Shown here piece after piece: positions 59,097 through 64,000 of a stretch of DNA of 64,000 bases. The position numbers and the translations under genes were made by a program. How positions within the stretch are numbered: the stretch's first letter is position 1; each line of letters opens with the position of its first letter. The DNA is taken from NCBI GenBank assembly GCA_903915225.1, contig CAIWSB010000055.1, positions 6,847 to 70,846 of the forward strand, given 5' to 3'. Source of the DNA: an uncultured Candidatus Woesearchaeota archaeon. GTDB taxonomy: Archaea > Nanobdellota > Nanobdellia > Woesearchaeales > B29-G15. Below the pieces are notes generated by a model that did not search any database, had not been told where the DNA came from, and saw nothing but the letters and a program-made list of their open reading frames with translations.

Positions 59097-60026
59097 TCAG
59101 ACACCTAACTTCTTCGCCAGCTTATCCCCTAGCTTAATGATATAATCCCTGCCAAACTCATGATTAGTTAACCCCTTTAACAGGAAATCAGGGAGCAGCC
59201 TAACCTCATATTTCGCAAGATTAAGCCCTAGGCTCATTGCAGCAGTACTGTCGGTGTCACCGCCAAGGTGAATTGCCTTGCGAAGAACAACTTTTGGGTC
59301 TGCATGGGTTGAGAGGATGTACATCACAGCACCAACAGAATGCATTGCATCACCTGACAAGCCCGACGCTGAAAACTCCTTCCCAAAAATAATTTCGGGG
59401 TCCTCTCTTGGGAGATGTTGAATTGCCTTGAAGTGCTCATAGGACTCTTTGTCTATCTTCTCAATGTGTGGCAGCACGAAATCGAACATGGATTTATTCC
59501 CATCACCATAAAGGAAATTATGAGCCAAGAGCGCCACTGCAACAGATGAGGCAATGCCCTGCGGTGTATTATGCGATACCTCTGCGTTAATCTTTGCATA
59601 CTGGATTAGAGTTGACAAATCTTTTATTACACCCAAAGGCAGAGCCCTCATGGCAGCCCCGTTGCCAGTTGCATTCTTGTCAATATTCTGGAGGAATTCC
59701 TTGCCGGAACTAGAAGCTTCAAGTGCTGCCTTGACGCGCTTGCTGTAGCCCTCAATCGGGTCGCGCTTATAGCACATCACAAATGCATCTGCAAGGTTCT
59801 CATGGGTGAAAGGCAAATCACCAGAGAGCAGCTCAGCAACTGCAATTGACATCTGGGTGTCGTCTGTGTACATGCCCTGCTTTCTGGTAGGATGGGACCG
59901 GTACTGAGAAAAGTCAAGGCCGTGCCCATATTCGTACCTATCCTTAAACGCAAACTCATATGGGGCGCCGTAAGCATCCCCCATGGCCACCCCGAGGAGC
60001 ATGCTTTGAACCTTATTAAACTCCAT
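59097..60026 (-). CDS. ADP-ribosylglycohydrolase family protein
   Basis: LLGVAMGDAYGAPYEF... and later GNGAAMR and GGDTDSTAAM are ARH/DraG metal-binding motifs. Confidence 0.8.
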   Translation of the reverse strand: MEFNKVQSMLLGVAMGDAYGAPYEFAFKDRYEYGHGLDFSQYRSHPTRKQGMYTDDTQMSIAVAELLSGDLPFTHENLADAFVMCYKRDPIEGYSKRVKAALEASSSGKEFLQNIDKNATGNGAAMRALPLGVIKDLSTLIQYAKINAEVSHNTPQGIASSVAVALLAHNFLYGDGNKSMFDFVLPHIEKIDKESYEHFKAIQHLPREDPEIIFGKEFSASGLSGDAMHSVGAVMYILSTHADPKVVLRKAIHLGGDTDSTAAMSLGLNLAKYEVRLLPDFLLKGLTNHEFGRDYIIKLGDKLAKKLGV

Positions 60027-60138
60027 AAAATAAGAGGGGAAAACTCAATTAAAAACCTTTGGATAAGCGCAAGTTTTCAGCCCAAAGGTTTATGAATGCT
60101 TATTATTATACAATATATGGGACCGAAGGGGGGACAAA

Positions 60139-60513
60139 ATGAGAATAGAAATAGGCAAAACCTCTTTGGACCAGATGGTGAGTAAGCTTAGCCAGGAATC
60201 ACAGGGAAATTCACTGGCGGGATTTCTGTTGGGTCACCTGCAGGATGAGGATTATGTCGTGGAGAGCTTCTACCTGCCAAAGAGGGCAAAGGCAATTGGG
60301 GAAAAACCTGTCAGTTTGAAGAGTTTCAGGGAGGCAAAAAGGGATGGGGTGTGCGAAGGCGTCTGTATAATCGGGCTCTTGGTCTACCGTTCAACTGCAT
60401 CCCCAATCTATGAAGAGTATCTGCAGCAGAGCAGGGAGCTACTCGCATCACAAGGATGCCCTAGCCTGCTTATGACTGTTGACACATACGGCCGCGTGGA
60501 GTTTGATACGTGA
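60139..60513 (+). CDS. hypothetical protein
   Basis: 124-aa ORF. Confidence 0.45.
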   Translation: MRIEIGKTSLDQMVSKLSQESQGNSLAGFLLGHLQDEDYVVESFYLPKRAKAIGEKPVSLKSFREAKRDGVCEGVCIIGLLVYRSTASPIYEEYLQQSRELLASQGCPSLLMTVDTYGRVEFDT

Positions 60514-60594
60514 GCAGGAAGGCTTAACATGTTGGCTTTTGCCTAGTTGGAAGTCTAGGCAAATTATTTAAGTGCCTTCAACATAGAAATATTT

Positions 60595-61155
60595 ATGAAA
60601 ATATTATTCAAAATCCTAATCGCGGCCTTAGGAATTGCACTTCTGGCTTTCTTCTTCCCAAAAAGTGCAGGCAGCACCTGTGGGTTTTGCCCTGGTTTCC
60701 CAAGCATCCAGAGGACAGAGTATGAGTGTATTGGATTTCTATCTGAATCCCCGGCGTATTGCCTAGACTGCGGTATGAATATCATGTGCTTCGGAATCGT
60801 AACCTCAAAAAAGAAGTGCTATACGGCAGTTGATAACAGAGCAGTAGAGGTACCTGGATGCAAAAACCCTACAACATCTGAAGAAGTCTTAAGTTTATGC
60901 CCGGAATGCTTCTCTCAAGCAGCAATCAAGGCTGTATTCCCAGAGAATAATCTGCCAAAGGCAATTGAAATCTGCAGTTTAGCTGGAGACAAAAGGGATA
61001 ATTGCCTGTTAAAAGTATTGCAGCTCTCATCCTCTTCGCAAATCAAAAAAGATGGGAGAATGATTTGCTCTGGTGTTAGCGATGAGGAGATGGGATCATG
61101 CACTATGGAGCTTGTGAGGAAGCTCAACTTAAACAATACTAATTCCAGTGATTAA
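60595..61155 (+). CDS. secreted Cys-rich protein
   Basis: An N-terminal TM/signal segment, then about 14 Cys in spaced pairs (CGFCPGF, CLDCG, CPECF...). Confidence 0.55.
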   Translation: MKILFKILIAALGIALLAFFFPKSAGSTCGFCPGFPSIQRTEYECIGFLSESPAYCLDCGMNIMCFGIVTSKKKCYTAVDNRAVEVPGCKNPTTSEEVLSLCPECFSQAAIKAVFPENNLPKAIEICSLAGDKRDNCLLKVLQLSSSSQIKKDGRMICSGVSDEEMGSCTMELVRKLNLNNTNSSD

Positions 61156-61206
61156 TATATTAAGCCGAGCGAAGGTTTTTTATTCCAGCAAATCACCTGC
61201 CAATGG

Positions 61207-61995
61207 ATGGAAATCAAGGAGATTAAGGCCAGCTCAATCATATCCAAGTCAGGCATTCCTGGAGCTGATTTTGTAATCAACCCTTACGTTGGCTGCTCGC
61301 ACGCATGCATCTACTGCTATGCTAGGTTCATGAAAAGGTTCACAGGCCATGCTGAACCATGGGGGACTTTTGTGGATGCAAAAATCAACGCCCCAGAGCT
61401 TATCCCAAAAAACACAGACAAATTCAAGGGCAAATCTATCTACATCTCATCTGTGACTGATGCATACATGCCTATCGAAGAAAAGTACAGGCTCACTCGC
61501 AGAATCCTTGAGAATCTAATTCCGCTCCAACCAAACCTGAGCATCCAAACAAAATCAGATTTGGTGCTAAGGGACATGGACCTGCTGAAGCAATTCAAGA
61601 ATGTTGAAGTTGGGTTCACAATCACTACCCTAGACGAAAGCCTGAGGAATGAAATTGAACCATTTGCCTCACCCTCAATTAACAGGCTCAATGCCCTAAA
61701 GCAGTTTAAGGCAGCTGGCTTCAGGACATTTGTATTCATCGGCCCGATAATGCCTTACCTCACTAAATGGAAAGATATCCTGGAGAACACAAGTAGGTAC
61801 ACGGATCATTACCTCATTGACCAGCTCAACCCCTATGCTGCCGTATGGGGGAGCGTAATGGCGTGGCTCAGGCAAAAGTACCCAAACATGGTTGAGGATT
61901 ATTTGAACCTGAACAACTATTGGAGCAATCTGGGGCAAGAAATCGTTTCTTACTGCAAAAAAGAGAGGCTTAATGCCTGGGTTTTGTTTGGCTAA
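61207..61995 (+). CDS. SPL-family radical SAM protein (DNA repair photolyase-like, COG1533-type)
   Basis: NPYVGCSHACIYCYARF is the Cx3Cx2C motif typical of spore-photoproduct-lyase-like enzymes. About 260 aa. Confidence 0.7.
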   Translation: MEIKEIKASSIISKSGIPGADFVINPYVGCSHACIYCYARFMKRFTGHAEPWGTFVDAKINAPELIPKNTDKFKGKSIYISSVTDAYMPIEEKYRLTRRILENLIPLQPNLSIQTKSDLVLRDMDLLKQFKNVEVGFTITTLDESLRNEIEPFASPSINRLNALKQFKAAGFRTFVFIGPIMPYLTKWKDILENTSRYTDHYLIDQLNPYAAVWGSVMAWLRQKYPNMVEDYLNLNNYWSNLGQEIVSYCKKERLNAWVLFG

Positions 61996-62038
61996 TGTTT
62001 TCAGTAGATTTATAAATGAGTAATTAATCGCAAAGCAA

Positions 62039-62956
62039 ATGCTAGAGATTCTCAAGATTTCTGAGAATAAGCTCCAAATCCTGAATAGGCCGGAGCCCAA
62101 CTGCTGGATTAACGCCTCAAACCCATCTGAAGAGGACATAATCACGCTTAGGACTTTCTTCGACATCCCAGAGGAACTGCTCACGTCGCTGAAAGACATT
62201 GATGAGGTCCCCATATTGGAGGATTACCCAAATTTCACATTTATCATTATCCGCGCACCTTACAACAATCTCCAGAACGACCTGGAGTATTTCTCGGTGC
62301 CTGTGGGGATTTTCATTAACAAGCACATGGTGCTAACGCTCTCATATTTTGACAATGATGTCATCCCTAAGCTGAAGACCCAGAGGTTCGAGTTCCACAA
62401 GACCCAGCTGGCATTCAGGCTCCTGCTAATCGCGGCGAGGCTTTACTTAACTTACCTAAATGAGATCAAGAAAAAGATGTACGCCCTAGAGAACCAGCTG
62501 GAGCAGAGCCAGAAAAACAAGATTGTCCTGGATCTGCTGGATATTGAGAAATCCCTGGTTTATTTCAGCACATCGCTAAAGTCCAATGAGATTCTTGTCA
62601 ACAGGATTGCCAGGGATAAATCCCTCTTGAAAACTCCAGCAGACAGGAAGATGATTGCTGATGTGGCTGACGAGAACCTCCAGGCAATTGAAATGACTCA
62701 TACCTATTCCAGCATCCTGGGTGAAACCCTTGATGCCTTTGCGTCTGTGATTTCCAACAACCTCAACATTGTCATGAAGATATTGGCTGTTTTAACAATT
62801 GTCATATCCCTTCCGACACTTGTTGTCTCAATTTATGGGATGAACATTCCAGTTCCATTCCAGAGTTCTCCCCATATATTTCCCATTGTGATGGGGGTTT
62901 CTGGCTTCTTGGGACTCTTGTCCATCATATTCTTCTGGAGAATGAAGTTCTTCTAG
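62039..62956 (+). CDS. corA: CorA family magnesium/cobalt transporter
   Basis: C-terminal YGMNIPVPF (GMN motif) followed by a final TM helix. Confidence 0.85.
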   Translation: MLEILKISENKLQILNRPEPNCWINASNPSEEDIITLRTFFDIPEELLTSLKDIDEVPILEDYPNFTFIIIRAPYNNLQNDLEYFSVPVGIFINKHMVLTLSYFDNDVIPKLKTQRFEFHKTQLAFRLLLIAARLYLTYLNEIKKKMYALENQLEQSQKNKIVLDLLDIEKSLVYFSTSLKSNEILVNRIARDKSLLKTPADRKMIADVADENLQAIEMTHTYSSILGETLDAFASVISNNLNIVMKILAVLTIVISLPTLVVSIYGMNIPVPFQSSPHIFPIVMGVSGFLGLLSIIFFWRMKFF

Positions 62957-62959
62957 GCT

Positions 62960-62992
62960 CGTAATTTTTAAACTTTTTTTTAATATTACTGT
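62960..62992 (+). terminator. oligo-T terminator after corA
   Basis: cgtaatttttaaacttttttttaatatt. Confidence 0.4.
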
Positions 62993-63043
62993 AAAGTAAA
63001 TAAGTACATTAGATTTTTAAGCGATGACGTGCTCCTATTTTTC

Positions 63044-64000
63044 ATGGAGCTTGAAAGAGTTCTTAGAGAGATTCAGGCAACTGGCTCATACTGGCGGGGC
63101 GATTCAACCATTAACTGGGATGGCCATTTGGCAACACTCTCTTTTGCTCTGAAGGACAGCTCCATTGTGTCAAAACTGCTCCCAAACCTCCCTGAGGATA
63201 TAAAGAATAGAATCAAATACCCAAAGAACTGGGAGGCTCTCCATCTTACAAATCTCCCTGCTTGGGCAACCTTAAACAGGATAACTGCCTCAAATCCAGG
63301 AGCAGATGCCAAGGAGGCAATAGCGCCACTGGTGGAATATGCAAACAGCATTGTTTACCCTGATGTTCATATTACCAGAAGGGCAGGGGCTTATATCTTG
63401 GTGCTTGATGGAAAGGCGGTTTACGCAACTGAATCTGTTATTGACTATTGCCCTCTGGCAAAGATGCTCTTTACGCGCCACAGCTACGGCAAGGACATGC
63501 CCTTCAAGGAGAAGCTCATCAAGGAGATGAACGAGCAGGCAATCGGCGAGTTCAAGATGTTCAGCGGGCAGCGCAGCCTCAGGGAATGCGAGGCCAAGGT
63601 GCCGTTTGGTTCATCTGAAATATCAATGGATGCGATGAGGAAAGGGCTTTATGAGGCACTCGTGCAGGTGTGCGACGGTGTCGGCACTGTGATTACATTT
63701 GACCCGGAGCACAGCCAGGGCGTCGGCGCAGTAATGACAGGCACTTTCTACACAACACCTATTGATGAACTTGTCAAGAAATGCCACCAGGAGAACGTGT
63801 TCCCGGTCTTCCCGGAAACCGGGGAAATTGACCAACTCACGGGCGTCAAGGCTGCAATTCGCCTTGGCAAGAAGAACATCGCGGTCTCAACTGCAGTGGG
63901 ATTCAACAGAAACCTTGGAGATATTGCAGCCCTCGAAACAGACGATATCAAGATTTACCGCTTCGCTTTGTGCTCAACCGGGATAGATGAGGAGACTGCA
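63044..64000 (+). CDS. hypothetical protein, 3'-truncated by window end
   Basis: An uninterrupted ORF from ATG 63044 (MELERVLREIQATGSYWRGDS...) runs to the last base of the window (>318 codons). Confidence 0.55.
   Translation, partial: MELERVLREIQATGSYWRGDSTINWDGHLATLSFALKDSSIVSKLLPNLPEDIKNRIKYPKNWEALHLTNLPAWATLNRITASNPGADAKEAIAPLVEYANSIVYPDVHITRRAGAYILVLDGKAVYATESVIDYCPLAKMLFTRHSYGKDMPFKEKLIKEMNEQAIGEFKMFSGQRSLRECEAKVPFGSSEISMDAMRKGLYEALVQVCDGVGTVITFDPEHSQGVGAVMTGTFYTTPIDELVKKCHQENVFPVFPETGEIDQLTGVKAAIRLGKKNIAVSTAVGFNRNLGDIAALETDDIKIYRFALCSTGIDEETA

Noticed and set aside
1-64000. CRISPR arrays, rRNA, tRNA
   Set aside because: No regularly spaced direct repeats and no cloverleaf-compatible segments were seen in any intergenic region. 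The intergenic spaces are short and mostly AT-rich promoter/terminator DNA.

Overview
This is a densely coded 64 kb chromosomal segment of about 47-50% GC that is most likely archaeal. I count roughly 85 protein-coding genes on both strands and found no rRNA, tRNA or CRISPR array.

The archaeal call rests on three observations. There is an HTH_10 (bacterio-opsin-activator type) regulator. There is a diphthine-ammonia ligase (Dph6-like) gene. Intergenic regions are AT-rich with TATA-like boxes, and ribosome-binding sites look like GGGGG/GGTGA.

Recognisable genes include a uvrA-uvrC-uvrB operon and an SPL-like radical SAM DNA-repair enzyme. Also present are a radical SAM/SPASM maturase-like gene and a third radical SAM gene. 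Further recognisable genes are a serpin, M28 and M23 peptidases, two very large secreted gluzincin-type metalloproteases, a CorA transporter, an AbrB/RelE toxin-antitoxin pair, and a tandem pair of GT2 glycosyltransferases. The remaining recognisable genes are HAD, nitroreductase and PLP-dependent (threonine-synthase-like) enzymes, a TraB-family protein and an ADP-ribosylglycohydrolase.

The window is unusually rich in tandem arrays of uncharacterised paralogs (3+3+3+3+3 plus several duets) and in repeated two-gene modules of unknown function.

The items most worth follow-up are:
- a ~103-nt structured repeat present in two copies with compensatory base changes;
- a thrice-duplicated 'GPAYAC' module with variable partner genes;
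- a co-directional cluster of an overlapping paralog array, an M23 peptidase, an HD-like protein and a degenerate kinase-like protein;
- a radical SAM/SPASM gene with an N-terminal extension, lying between copy 2 of the repeat and a small membrane peptide.

All calls come from reading the translated ORFs and the nucleotide sequence by eye. No database search was possible.
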